Counted from the stretch's first letter, positions 19,746 to 29,724 are shown. The stretch is DNA of 64,000 nt from an uncultured Chloroflexia bacterium (GCA_963796715.1 CAWCMN010000007.1:388586-452585); one strand, 5' to 3'. Program-made: numbers and translations. The notes: generated by a model from the letters alone, not told the origin.

Positions 19746-21148
19746 TGACCAAGTTCAAGCATCTGGCGCTCGGGATGGCGTTGGTCGTCATCCTGGCCGC
19801 CTGCGGCTCGAGTGCGACACCAACGGGCACGCCGACCGGCGCTGCCGCCACGCCCACTCCCGCGGCGACCACGGGCGCCTCCAGCAGCCCGACCACGGCC
19901 GCCTCCACGAGCGCCGCCCCGCTGGCGGTCGACCCGGCCGAGGCCGTCATCCCCAATGTCGAACCCAACGCCGAGATCCACTTCTGGACCTACTACCTGT
20001 CCCCCACGTTCGACCAGTACATCAAGGACACCATCGCCCGCTTCGAGGGCACGTACCCCGGCGTGAAGGTCGACTGGGAGGACCACCAGGGCACCTTCAA
20101 GGACGACCTCAACGCCGCCTTTTCGGCCGGCAAGGCGCCCGACGTCATCAACCTGTCGGTGTCCGAGGGCTGGGTCTCCGAGTACGCCTCGAAGGGCCTG
20201 CTCCTGCCGCTCGATGACAAGGTCCCCGCGGCCGTCCAGGCCACCTACTTCCCGGGTCTGTGGAAGGAACAGATCGTCGGCGGCAAGAACTTCCAGTTCC
20301 CCTGGTACCAGGGCATCAACGTCGACCTGATCAACAAGCAGCTCTTCGACGCGGCCGGCGTCAACGTGTCCGACTTCCCCAAGACCATCGACGGCCTGAA
20401 GCCGCTCTGCCAGACGCTCCACGACAAGGCCAACACGGTCTGTGACATCCGCCTGACGGTGAACGACATCATCAGCCAGATGGTCTACGAGGGCGGCGTC
20501 ACACCCATCAGCGCCGACGGCAAGAAGTTCACCTTCGACTCGCCCGAGGCGGTCGCCTGGCTCCAGCAGTACGTCGACATGGTCAAGGCCGGGACGGTCG
20601 ACAACGACATCCTGACCACCGACCAGGACCGCCTGGGCCTCCTCCTCTTCTCGTCCGGCCAGGCGCCGTTCTACGCGACCGGCCTTAACCTCATCCGCGA
20701 CGTGAAGTCCAACAACTCCCAGCTGTACGGCAACCTGGCCGTCGCCCCGGCGCCGGTCGGCAAGTCCGGCGTGGTCGGCAAGGGCCTCATGGGCATCTCC
20801 GTCAAGGCCGACACGAAGTTCCCCAATGCCTCCATGGCGCTGGCGCAGTTCTTCACCAACGCCCGGAGCATGGTCGCCTTCTCCAAGATCGTGGCCATCT
20901 ACCCGTCGGTCATCGCCTCGTACGACGACCCGTTCTTCTCCACGACCGGGGGCGCCATCGAGGACAGCGCCCGCTCGTCGGCCAAGGACGTGGTCTCGCA
21001 CTACGCCGACATCGTCCCGGACATCCCCAGCAAGGCCGATGTGAACGACATCGTGCTCAAGGCCGTGGAGTCGGCCATCTTCAACGGAGTCGATCCGCAG
21101 AAGGCGTTGAGTGACGCCGTCATCGCGGCCGACAAGTTCATCAAGTAG
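19746..21148 (+). CDS. sugar ABC transporter substrate-binding lipoprotein (family 1)
   Basis: A GTG start lies 9 nt after GGAGGAG. The lipoprotein signal VTKFKHLALGMALVVILAAC is followed by a Thr/Pro-rich linker and a binding-protein fold. The upstream ATG at 19658 or 19727 is an alternative start. Confidence 0.75.
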
Positions 21149-21154
21149 GGTCCC

Positions 21155-22102
21155 TTGACCCAGTCGCGTCAGCTCGAGCCGGCCTTGCCATCGCGGCGGG
21201 GCCGGCTCGCGCCGAAGGAGGGCACGGGGCGTCGCCGGTTCTCGGTGACGCCCTACCTCTTCCTGGCGCCGGCCCTCATCCTCATCGGGATCTTCGTCCT
21301 CTACCCCATCGCGGCCGTCGTGGTCATCAGCCTGACCAACTACGACATCGTCCGGCCGCCGGTCTTCAACGGCCTCGACAACTACGCCCAGCTGGTGGCC
21401 GACCCGGTGTTCTGGAAGGCCCTGGGCAACTCGATCGTCTACCTCATCGTCACGCCGATCATCATCGCCCTCTCGGTGGGCCTGGCCATCATCGTCAACC
21501 GCAAGCTGCGCGGGATCCAGATCTTCCGCGCGCTCTACTTCATCCCCGCCGTCAGCGGCAGCATCGCCATCGGCATCGCCTGGCGCTGGCTCTTCGACCG
21601 CAACGGCTTCCTCAACAGCGTCCTGATCTCGGTGGGCTGGATCAAGGAGCCCGTCCAGTGGCTGAGCGATCCGTCGTACGTCCTGCCCATCGCCATGATG
21701 CTCACGATCTGGGCCGGCATCGGCTACTACTCGGTCATCTTCCTGGCCGGGCTGCAGAACATCTCGGAAGAGCTGTACGACGCGGCCCGCCTCGACGGCT
21801 GCAACAACTTCCAGAAGCACTGGTACGTGAGCGTGCCGGGCCTGCGGCCGCAGATCGTCTTCGTGGCCGTCATCTCGAGCCTGGCCGCGCTCAAGGTCTT
21901 CGATGAGATCTACGTCCTGACCGGCGCGACCGGCGGCATCCTCGACAGCGGCACGACGATCGTCTTCTACCTCTGGAAAGAGGCCTTCAAGCTCGAGCAC
22001 GCGGGCTACGCCGCGGCCATCGCCATGGTCCTGCTGGTGCTGACGCTGGCCTTCTCGATCATCAATGTGCGCTTCCTCGAGCGCGGCACGGCGACCGAGT
22101 GA
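21155..22102 (+). CDS. sugar ABC transporter permease (MalF/UgpA type)
   Basis: Six TM helices and the EAA motif YDAARLDGCNNFQKHWYVSVPGL are present. Confidence 0.85.
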   Translation: MTQSRQLEPALPSRRGRLAPKEGTGRRRFSVTPYLFLAPALILIGIFVLYPIAAVVVISLTNYDIVRPPVFNGLDNYAQLVADPVFWKALGNSIVYLIVTPIIIALSVGLAIIVNRKLRGIQIFRALYFIPAVSGSIAIGIAWRWLFDRNGFLNSVLISVGWIKEPVQWLSDPSYVLPIAMMLTIWAGIGYYSVIFLAGLQNISEELYDAARLDGCNNFQKHWYVSVPGLRPQIVFVAVISSLAALKVFDEIYVLTGATGGILDSGTTIVFYLWKEAFKLEHAGYAAAIAMVLLVLTLAFSIINVRFLERGTATE

Positions 22103-23004
22103 TGGCCCGCCCGAGCGTCCTCGAGGCAACACCGGCGACCGGCACGGCGACGTCCGTGGCGTCGGCCCATCGGCAGTCCCCGCGGCGGCGCTTCGGCGAG
22201 CCGGTGTTCTGGTACGTCGTGCTGCTGCTCATCGCGGTCGTGACGGTCTTCCCCTTCGCCTGGATCCTGCTGACCTCGGTCAAGGGGCCGCAGGACGTGC
22301 TGTTCTCGACGCCGCCGCAGTTCATCCCCCATGACCCGACGCTGGCCAACTACGCCCGGGTGCTGGATGCCCTGCCCATCCCCACGTTCTTCCAGAACAG
22401 CATCGTGGTGGCCATCCTGACCACCGGCGGCAACGTCCTGGTCGCGTCGCTGGCGGCCTACCCGCTGGCGCGCATGAAGTTCCGCGGCCGCGACCCGATC
22501 TTCTACCTGCTCATCGCGACGCTGATCGTGCCCGTCCAGCTGACGTTCATCCCGGGCTACCTGATGGCCCAGTTCTTCGGCTACTACGACTCGCTGCCGG
22601 CCGTCATCCTGCCGGCCCTCGTGAGCGCCTTTAACATCTTCCTCATGCGCCAGGCGTTCCGCGGCGTCCCCGGGGAGCTCATCGACGCGGCCCGGGTCGA
22701 CGGTGCCCGCGAGTGGCGCATCTGGTGGCAGATCCTGGTGCCGCTGGTGCGGCCGTCGATCGCCGCCGTGGCGATCTTCACCTTCGTGACCTCGTGGAAC
22801 GACTTCTTCTGGCCGTCCCTCATGTTGCCGACGGTGGCCAACAAGACGCTGCCCGTCGGCCTGATCGCGCTCCAGGGCTACTTCAGCTCGGACTTCCGCT
22901 CGATCGCCGCCGGCGTGACCCTCACGGTCGTACCCATCCTCATCTTCTTCATCTTCGTCCAGCGCTACTTCGTGCGCGGCCTGGCCGGCGCGGTCAAGGG
23001 GTGA
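22099..23004 (+). CDS. sugar ABC transporter permease (MalG/UgpE type)
   Basis: The EAA motif IDAARVDGAREWRIWWQILVPL is present, and the gene overlaps the upstream stop by 4 nt. Confidence 0.85.
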   Translation: MMARPSVLEATPATGTATSVASAHRQSPRRRFGEPVFWYVVLLLIAVVTVFPFAWILLTSVKGPQDVLFSTPPQFIPHDPTLANYARVLDALPIPTFFQNSIVVAILTTGGNVLVASLAAYPLARMKFRGRDPIFYLLIATLIVPVQLTFIPGYLMAQFFGYYDSLPAVILPALVSAFNIFLMRQAFRGVPGELIDAARVDGAREWRIWWQILVPLVRPSIAAVAIFTFVTSWNDFFWPSLMLPTVANKTLPVGLIALQGYFSSDFRSIAAGVTLTVVPILIFFIFVQRYFVRGLAGAVKG

Positions 23005-24599
23005 CGGCGCCGAACCGTCTGCAGCGCCGGGCCGGGGCGCGTCTCGTGCGCTCGTTCGTGGGCCTGACCCCGACACGCGAGATCGTCGCCTCGCTCGAGG
23101 GGGGCCGGGGGGCCGGCGTGGGCCTCTACCGGACGGCCAACATCGCGTCGGCGCAGCAGCTGCAGGCCCTCACGGGGGCCCTCCAGGCGGCGCGGCCGCG
23201 CGGCGAGCCGCCGCTCGTCATCGCCCTGGACCAGGAGGGCGGCCAGCTCCAGGCCTTCGCCGCGGACGGGGCGACGGCCTGGCCGGGCAACCTGGCCCTC
23301 GGCGCGACCGGCTCGGTGGCGCTCGCGCGGCGGGCGGGCGAGGCCATCGGCCGTGAGCTCGCGGCGGTCGGCGTGAACACCGTGTGGGCCCCCGTGTGCG
23401 ACCTGCTCGTCGACGGCAACGTGGCCATGGGCACGCGTCCCTTCGGCGACGAGCCGGTCGCCGCCGGACGGATGGCCGCCGCGATGGTGCGCGGCCTCCA
23501 GTCGGCCGGGGTCGCGGCGACCGTGAAGCACCTGCCCGGCCACGGCTCGGCGCGGGCCGACCCGCACTACCGCCTGCCGGTCGTGGAGGCCACCGCGGAC
23601 GAGATCCGCCGACGCGACCTCGTGCCCTTCGAGGGCGCGCTCCGGGCCCGCCCGAAGCTCGCCATGGTGGGCCACATGGCCGTGCCAGCGCTCACCGGCG
23701 ACCGCGCCCTGCCGGCGACGTTCTCCTCCGCGATCGCCGGACGACTCCTGCGCGACGAGCTCGGGTTCCGCGGCGTCAGCGTGACCGACGCGCTGAACAT
23801 GGGCGCGCTCGGGGCGGCCGACCAGGCATCCGACCACGCCGTGCGGGCGGCTGAGGCGGGTTTCGACCTCCTGCTGCTCCTGCAGGAACCGGCGGTCGAG
23901 GAACAGGCCGTCGACGCGGTCCTCGCCGCGCTGGCCGACGGATCGCTGGACGCCGCGGGCGCCGGTGCCGCGGCCGGCCGCATCTTCGCCCTGCGCCGCT
24001 GGCTCGGCCGGCTGGCCGCCGGTGCTCGAGCGGGGCTCGACATCGTGGGCTGCAGCGCGCATCTCGCCCTTGCCCGCGAGATCGCCGAGCGCTCGATCAC
24101 CCTGGTCCGGGACCGCGAGGGGCTCCTGCCGCTCCGCCCGACCGGCTCGGCCCCGCTCCTCGTGCTCGCCCCCCGACCGGTCGACCTGACGCCGGCCGAC
24201 ACGTCCTCGTACCTACACTTCGGCCTGGCCGAGGCCATCGGCGCTCGGGGCCTGTCAGCCCAGGCGGTGGAGATCCCCCTGGACCCGAGTCCCGCCGATA
24301 TCGCCGCGCTCCGCGCCGCCGCTGCCGGCCGAACGGTCGTGGTCGGCACGATCGACGCGTCGGTGCACGATGGGCAGGGGGCGCTCGTGCGTGCCCTCCT
24401 GGCCGACGGGGTGGCGGTCATCCCGGTCGCGCTGCGCACGCCCTTCGACCTGGAGGCGTACCCCATGGCAGGGACCTGGATCTGCAGCCACGGCATCCAG
24501 CCGCCGACGGTGGAGGCGCTCGCCGACGCGCTCCTTGGCCGCATCCCCTTCACCGGCCGGCTCCCCGTGCGGCTCGGCCGCCAGGCGGCCGCGGCATGA
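23001..24599 (+). CDS. glycoside hydrolase family 3 protein (beta-N-acetylhexosaminidase, NagZ-like)
   Basis: A GTG in GTGA overlaps the upstream stop. GH3 N-domain motifs are present (LVIALDQEGGQLQAF, ATVKHLPGHG, GFRGVSVTDAL). Confidence 0.8.
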   Translation: MTAPNRLQRRAGARLVRSFVGLTPTREIVASLEGGRGAGVGLYRTANIASAQQLQALTGALQAARPRGEPPLVIALDQEGGQLQAFAADGATAWPGNLALGATGSVALARRAGEAIGRELAAVGVNTVWAPVCDLLVDGNVAMGTRPFGDEPVAAGRMAAAMVRGLQSAGVAATVKHLPGHGSARADPHYRLPVVEATADEIRRRDLVPFEGALRARPKLAMVGHMAVPALTGDRALPATFSSAIAGRLLRDELGFRGVSVTDALNMGALGAADQASDHAVRAAEAGFDLLLLLQEPAVEEQAVDAVLAALADGSLDAAGAGAAAGRIFALRRWLGRLAAGARAGLDIVGCSAHLALAREIAERSITLVRDREGLLPLRPTGSAPLLVLAPRPVDLTPADTSSYLHFGLAEAIGARGLSAQAVEIPLDPSPADIAALRAAAAGRTVVVGTIDASVHDGQGALVRALLADGVAVIPVALRTPFDLEAYPMAGTWICSHGIQPPTVEALADALLGRIPFTGRLPVRLGRQAAAA

Positions 24600-25636
24600 C
24601 GCTGCGCTCTGAGATCGGCGAGACGGCGGCGGCCGTCGCGCATCTCATCGACACGGCCGGGCCGACGATGGAGGCGATCGCCTCGGCCGCCCGCGGTCGC
24701 GACCTCGCCTTCGCGCTCATCGCCGCGCGCGGCACGTCCGATCACGCGGCCACCTACGCCCAGTACGTCCTCGGCGCACGCAACAGCCTGACCGTGGGCC
24801 TCGCGGCCCCGTCGCTGGTGAGCCTCTACGGCCGCGCCCCCGATGTCGCCCGGGCGCTCGTGGTGGGCATCTCGCAGTCCGGGCGCTCGCCTGACGTCGT
24901 CGGGGTGGTGGAGGACGCGCGACGCCAGGGGGCCCTGACGATGGCCATCACGAACGATCCGGGTTCGCCGCTCGCCAGTGCCGCCGAGCTGGCCCTGGAC
25001 CTCGACGCCGGTCCCGAGAAGGCCGTGGCCGCGACCAAGACGTACGTCGCCGAGCTGGCGGCCGTGGCCCTGCTCTCGGTGGCCCTCGATCGCGCCGCCG
25101 ATCCGGCCGCGAGCAGGGCGCTCGCCGACGTGCCGGCGGCCATCGAGAGGGCTCTTTTCTCGGAGCCGCACGTCGTGGAGGTCGCACGCGAGCACGCGGC
25201 GATGGACGGCTGCATCGTCATCGGGCGCGGCTTCCAGTACCCCACGGCACGGGAGTGGTCGCTCAAGCTGAAAGAGGTCGCCGGCGTCTTCGCCGATCCC
25301 TACTCGGCGGCCGATTTCGAGCACGGCCCCATCACGCTCGTGGGCCACGGCACGCACGTGTTCGCGGTCGCGACCGCGGGGCCGGCCATGCCGGGCGTGA
25401 TGGACCTGCTGGAGCGGCTACGAGCCGACGGGGCGGACCTGCTCGTGGCCTCCGACGAGGACGCGGCCCGGCGGTTGGGGCGGACGGCGCTCGTGCTGCC
25501 CGGCGGCGTGCCCGAGTGGCTCGCTCCCCTCCCCGCGATCGTGCCGGCCCAGCTCTTCGCCTACCACCTGGCGATCGCGAAGGGCATCGACCCCGAACGT
25601 CCGCCGCACCTCAGCAAGGTGACCCTGACGCGCTGA
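24596..25636 (+). CDS. SIS-domain sugar-phosphate isomerase/deaminase (GlcN-6-P deaminase NagB-II / AgaS-like)
   Basis: There are two SIS domains (LVVGISQSGRSPDVV). This is the last gene of the GlcNAc operon. Confidence 0.75.
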   Translation: MTLRSEIGETAAAVAHLIDTAGPTMEAIASAARGRDLAFALIAARGTSDHAATYAQYVLGARNSLTVGLAAPSLVSLYGRAPDVARALVVGISQSGRSPDVVGVVEDARRQGALTMAITNDPGSPLASAAELALDLDAGPEKAVAATKTYVAELAAVALLSVALDRAADPAASRALADVPAAIERALFSEPHVVEVAREHAAMDGCIVIGRGFQYPTAREWSLKLKEVAGVFADPYSAADFEHGPITLVGHGTHVFAVATAGPAMPGVMDLLERLRADGADLLVASDEDAARRLGRTALVLPGGVPEWLAPLPAIVPAQLFAYHLAIAKGIDPERPPHLSKVTLTR

Positions 25637-25656
25637 ACGGCGCGGTCACCGGCGCT

Positions 25657-26523
25657 TCAGCGCAGGAAGGCCGCGATCGCGTCGCTCGAGGTCTCATGCG
25701 TGTTGATGCCGTAGTGGTTGGCATCCACCTCGACGAGGCGGGCGGACGGGACCGCCGCGAGGAAGTCGTCGCGCTCGGCGGGCGGCACGATGAAGCCGGC
25801 GCCGTCGAAGAGCTCCTGGGTCGCGCGCAGCAGCAGGGTCGGCTGCGTGAGGTACGGCCACAGCGTCCGCGGGTCGTGCTCCTCACCGTACGTGGCGTCC
25901 TCCAGGACCGCGGCGCGGTCGCTGCGGGCGCGGACACCGCCGCCCGGGACAGGCGCCAGCTCGTAGCGGAAATAGCGCTCCCAGTACGGGCTCCACGGAC
26001 GGATCGTGCCGAGGCGCTGGACGACCTCCAGGTACGTCTCCACCGACGGGTACACCGAGCCAAGGCGCTCGACGGCCGCCCGGATGAGGGGCACCGTCCT
26101 GGGGTCGGGCACGCCGCACACGTCGATGAGCACGACCGAGCCCAGCCGCTGTGGGGCCAGCCGCGCGATCTCCATCGCCACCGCCGCGCCCATCGACTGG
26201 CCAACGACGTCGAAGCGCGACGCGCCGAGGATGTCGGCGACCTCGAGCACGTCCTCGGCGTGATGGACCCAGCCGTAGGTGCCGGGGTCGGTGACCTGGC
26301 TCTGGCCCCGTCCCCGGAGGTCCAGGGCGACGATGCGATGGGTCGGGTCGGCGACGCGTTCGGCGATGAAATCGAAGCCGCGCAGGTTGGCCGAGAGGCC
26401 GGGCACGCACACGACCAGCCGGCCATGCTCGGCCCCGAACCACTCCGCGTGCAGGTCGCCGCTGGCGAGGTGCAGGTCGAGGGGCGTGCCACTGGGGATG
26501 GGCACGTCGGGTGCCGGGCTCAT
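25657..26523 (-). CDS. alpha/beta-fold hydrolase
   Basis: GAGGAG lies 6 nt before the ATG (MSPAPDV). The nucleophile elbow GQSMGA, an HGxxxxxxxW-type oxyanion region and a C-terminal His are present. Confidence 0.75.
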   Translation of the reverse strand: MSPAPDVPIPSGTPLDLHLASGDLHAEWFGAEHGRLVVCVPGLSANLRGFDFIAERVADPTHRIVALDLRGRGQSQVTDPGTYGWVHHAEDVLEVADILGASRFDVVGQSMGAAVAMEIARLAPQRLGSVVLIDVCGVPDPRTVPLIRAAVERLGSVYPSVETYLEVVQRLGTIRPWSPYWERYFRYELAPVPGGGVRARSDRAAVLEDATYGEEHDPRTLWPYLTQPTLLLRATQELFDGAGFIVPPAERDDFLAAVPSARLVEVDANHYGINTHETSSDAIAAFLR

Positions 26524-26533
26524 GGCTCGCTCC

Positions 26534-26815
26534 TCAGGCGGTCGGATCGTCAAGGCCGGCGCTGGCCCGGTGCATCGTGCAGTAGCCCAGCGCGCCGTCC
26601 CGCTCGCGCCACCGCGCTCGCTGATCGCAGCGCTTGCCGCGACGGTTGCGGTACGAGCAGAACTCGGGGTGGGGTCCCTCCGTGGTGGCCAGCAGGAGGA
26701 CCAGCGGGCTGCGTCCGACCGCCGAGCCGCCGGGGCCGCGCGGTGCCTCCTTCAGCAGCGCGGCGACATCGACGCCGCTCGCCCGCAGGACCCCGTCCGC
26801 GTCGTGGCCATCCAT
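26534..26815 (-). CDS. small Cys/His-containing protein (93 aa; possible zinc-ribbon), translationally coupled to the downstream hydrolase
   Basis: Its stop codon lies inside the hydrolase RBS. The C-terminus is EFCSYRNRRGKRCDQRARWRERDGALGYCTMHRAS (C-x9-C-x16-C-x2-H). I recognise no family and the start is uncertain. Confidence 0.35.
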   Translation of the reverse strand: MDGHDADGVLRASGVDVAALLKEAPRGPGGSAVGRSPLVLLLATTEGPHPEFCSYRNRRGKRCDQRARWRERDGALGYCTMHRASAGLDDPTA

Positions 26816-26881
26816 CACGAGGAGCGTAGAGTGGTTGGGCCGCGCTGTCACGCAGCTGAACGGGCGCGGCGGGGAGGCAGG

Positions 26882-28468
26882 ATGAGCGATCGCCGCCGGA
26901 TCGTCGTGACGCTGCTGGCCGTGGTGCTGGCCGCGTGCACGAGCTCGCCGACGCCGGTCCTGCAGGCCACCCCTTCGCCGACGCCGACCACCGTGCCAGG
27001 CGCGTCCGCGTCGCCAACCCCACCCGAGCTGTCCAGCCCCACGCCGTCCGCCGTGCCCACGCTCGGCTCGGTGTCGACCGACCTCGCCCTGGTCGCCGAC
27101 GTCCGCGAGCCGCGCCTGGGCCTGACGGCGGCCGAGTTCCGCGCGGCACTCGGCAAGGCCCTCATCCCGTGCGGCATCACCGACCTGCGGCTCGAGGGGG
27201 CCGCGGTCGCCCTGCCGTCGACCCCCTGTGTCGCCGCAGACGCGATCACCGCCCGTATCCACGGCCATGCGGGCCTGCTCGCCCTCCTGCCTCCGGGCCT
27301 CGTCGGTCCGCGCGTGAAGGTCCTGCAGGTCGACGGGGCCGACCTGTTCGGGGGTCCCTCGATCCGCTCGAAGGCCTACCCCCTGACGGCGACCGCCGAC
27401 GGGCTCGCCGCGGCCTGGACCGCCTACGACGCGACGCAGATCCGGACCATCGACTCGACCGGCGACACCTGTCCCGACCGGGGTCCGGCGAACGAGGCGA
27501 TCGTGCTCCACAAGGGCTGGCCGTGGACGCTCGACGGCGGCTACGCTCGCTACACCGGCACGTACATGGACACGCGCTACAGCGGCCCGACCGGCGACGG
27601 CTGGCCGGTCGTGCTGGCCAAACGGACGGGCGAGGCGGGGTCGGTCCAGGCGCTCATCTCCGACTCCGACATCACGGTCAATGACTTCGAGTGCCCCATG
27701 CTCGCCGGGTTCGTCTTCCACGCCAAGGGCACGGTCTTCAACGTGGATCCCAAGGTCGGGCCGTTGCTGGCCTCGGCCGGCATCAAGGTCGTGACGCTCG
27801 GCTCCAACCACATCACCGATGCCGGCTCGACCGGGGTGCGACAGACGCTCCAGATCCTGGACGCCGACCACATCGCGCACACCGGCGCCGGCGTGGACCT
27901 GACATCCGCGCTCGCCCCAGCCGTGGTCGACGTGCGCGGCCTGAAGTTCGGCTTCGTCGGCTGGGACGACATCGTCGGGTCCGGCGCCGCGGCCCCGGGG
28001 CGACCGGGCGTGGCGCCCCTCACCGATGCCAACGTGAAGGTCTCGCTGGCCGCCGCTCGCAAGCAGGCGGACGTCGTCTTCGCCATGCCGCAGTGGGGCT
28101 GGCCGGAGTACCACAACGGCTTCACCAAGCAGGAGCTCACCCAGCGGGCGATGTTCTTCGCCGACGGCGCCGACGACGTGCTGGGCAGTGGCACGCACTG
28201 GGCATCGGCCGTCTCGATCACGCCGGGGTCGGACGGGGCCGACCACTTCGTCATCGGCAGCCACGGCAACTTCCTGTTCGGCCAGGACTGGAGCCGCCAG
28301 ACCATGGAGGGCGTGGTCGTGGAGCTGACGTTCTCCGGCACGACCCTGGTGCAGGCCCGCCTGCATCCGTACGTCGTCCTCGATGAAGCCCAGCCGAACC
28401 TCATCGATCCGGCCACCGATGGGCGCTACGTGCTGAACCAGGTGTGGAGCGTCAGCCAGCTGCCCTGA
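26882..28468 (+). CDS. CapA-family (PGA-synthesis/metallophosphatase-like) lipoprotein
   Basis: GGGGAGG lies 6 nt before the ATG. The lipoprotein signal MSDRRRIVVTLLAVVLAAC is followed by a Ser/Pro/Thr linker and a CapA-like domain (VVTLGSNHITDAG...FVIGSHGNF). Confidence 0.7.
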   Translation: MSDRRRIVVTLLAVVLAACTSSPTPVLQATPSPTPTTVPGASASPTPPELSSPTPSAVPTLGSVSTDLALVADVREPRLGLTAAEFRAALGKALIPCGITDLRLEGAAVALPSTPCVAADAITARIHGHAGLLALLPPGLVGPRVKVLQVDGADLFGGPSIRSKAYPLTATADGLAAAWTAYDATQIRTIDSTGDTCPDRGPANEAIVLHKGWPWTLDGGYARYTGTYMDTRYSGPTGDGWPVVLAKRTGEAGSVQALISDSDITVNDFECPMLAGFVFHAKGTVFNVDPKVGPLLASAGIKVVTLGSNHITDAGSTGVRQTLQILDADHIAHTGAGVDLTSALAPAVVDVRGLKFGFVGWDDIVGSGAAAPGRPGVAPLTDANVKVSLAAARKQADVVFAMPQWGWPEYHNGFTKQELTQRAMFFADGADDVLGSGTHWASAVSITPGSDGADHFVIGSHGNFLFGQDWSRQTMEGVVVELTFSGTTLVQARLHPYVVLDEAQPNLIDPATDGRYVLNQVWSVSQLP

Positions 28469-28506
28469 CGGCGGCCGGCCGACGCTCGAACAGCTGCGGC
28501 GGCGGC

Positions 28507-28851
28507 CTACATCAGGCCGACGACGTGGCCCTCCGGATCGGTGAACAGGGCGATCGTCGTGCCCGGCGCCACCTCCGTGAGGGGCATGATCACGCGCCCG
28601 CCCAGGGCCTCCACCTGCCGCAGGGTGCCCTGCGGATCGTCCGCGTGGACGTAGAAGGTGGCCATGCCGGCCGAGCCGTCCTGTGTGGCGCCGACGCCGG
28701 CCGTGAAGTCGCCCTCGGCGACGCCGCGGGCCATGCCGTAGCCACCCGGATTGCTCGTGTCGAGCTGCCAGCCGAAGACCTGGCTGTAGAACTTCTGGAG
28801 GGCCGGGCCGTCCTTGCCCGTCACCTCGACGTGGATCACCTTGGCTGCCAT
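28507..28851 (-). CDS. VOC-family (glyoxalase/bleomycin-resistance fold) protein
   Basis: AGGAGG lies 8 nt before the ATG. The 114 aa protein has the HVEVTGKD...FGW and GGRVIMP motifs. Confidence 0.75.
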   Translation of the reverse strand: MAAKVIHVEVTGKDGPALQKFYSQVFGWQLDTSNPGGYGMARGVAEGDFTAGVGATQDGSAGMATFYVHADDPQGTLRQVEALGGRVIMPLTEVAPGTTIALFTDPEGHVVGLM

Positions 28852-28916
28852 CGATCGATGCCTCCTGACTGCGCCTATTTAAGGGACTTCTAAACTATCA
28901 CCCGGCAGATCGGGTC

Positions 28917-28944
28917 TTGTCAATCCCGAAGTTTTCGCTTAAGT
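28917..28944 (+). promoter_or_regulatory. promoter TTGTCA-N16-TTAAGT for the ArsR gene (near-leaderless, 7 nt to the ATG)
   Basis: The hexamers are seen directly in an unusually AT-rich 100 bp divergent spacer. Confidence 0.4.
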
Positions 28945-28951
28945 TAGGTCC

Positions 28952-29263
28952 ATGCAAGCCGACCTGTTGCGTGCCGTGGCCAGCCCACGGCGCCGCGAGA
29001 TCCTCCGCCTGGTGTGGGACCAGGAGATGGCCGCCGGCGACATCGCCCGCCATTTCGATATCAGCTGGCCGGCCGTCTCACAGAACCTGGCCGTCCTGCG
29101 CGCGTCCGGCGCGGTCGTCGAGCGCCGTGACGGGACGCGGCGCTTCTACCGCACCGACCAGCACCGCCTTGGTCCCCTCGCAGACGTGGTTCGCGCCATG
29201 TGGTCCGAGCGGCTGGACGTCCTGGCTGATCTGGCCGAGCGGGCCGAGCGAGGCATCGCATGA
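28952..29263 (+). CDS. ArsR/SmtB-family transcriptional regulator
   Basis: The HTH ILRLVWDQEMAAGDIARHFDISWPAVSQNLAVLRASGAV is present. Confidence 0.85.
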   Translation: MQADLLRAVASPRRREILRLVWDQEMAAGDIARHFDISWPAVSQNLAVLRASGAVVERRDGTRRFYRTDQHRLGPLADVVRAMWSERLDVLADLAERAERGIA

Positions 29264-29724
29264 CGTTCGCCTTTCCCGCCACCGACGCCATCGACATCGA
29301 GAAGCGCATCCGCGCGCGTCCCGAGACCGTCTTCGCGTTCCTCACCGACCCCGTCCTGTACCGCCAGTGGAAGGGTCGCGAGGCCGATCTGGATGCGCGG
29401 CCCGGCGGCATCTACCGCGTCGTCATGCCGGGCGGCATCGCCCTCGGCGAGTACCACGTCGTCGAGCCGCCCCGACGGGTCGTCTTCAGCTGGGGCTGGG
29501 AGGGCAACCCGGCCGTGCCGCCGGGGTCCTCGCTGGTGGAGATCTCGCTGGTCCCGGAGGGGGCCGAGACCGTGCTCCATCTGCGCCACACGGGCCTGCC
29601 CGCGGGAGCCATGGCCCAGCATGACCAGGGCTGGTGGCACTACCTGGCGCGCCTGGACGTGGCCGCGGGCGGCGACGACCCGGGGCGCGATCCCTTCGAG
29701 GACGCCACACCACCCACGAGCTGA
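29260..29724 (+). CDS. SRPBCC protein (AHSA1/Aha1-like)
   Basis: It is coupled to the ArsR gene, the classic ArsR–SRPBCC pair. IEKRIRARPETVFAFLTDP is the AHSA1 N-terminus. Confidence 0.75.
   Translation: MTFAFPATDAIDIEKRIRARPETVFAFLTDPVLYRQWKGREADLDARPGGIYRVVMPGGIALGEYHVVEPPRRVVFSWGWEGNPAVPPGSSLVEISLVPEGAETVLHLRHTGLPAGAMAQHDQGWWHYLARLDVAAGGDDPGRDPFEDATPPTS

Noticed and set aside
19394-22132. 912-aa minus-strand ORF antisense to the sugar ABC transporter genes
   Set aside because: The opposite strand carries clearly recognisable binding-protein and permease genes with RBSs and operon overlaps. This ORF has Arg/Asp/Gly-rich low-complexity composition and is a GC artefact.
26534-26815. Assignment of the small Cys protein to the zf-CGNR family
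   Set aside because: The spacing and number of Cys residues (three Cys + one His, with no CGNR tetrapeptide) do not fit the family consensus as I recall it. It is left as an unclassified Cys/His mini-protein.
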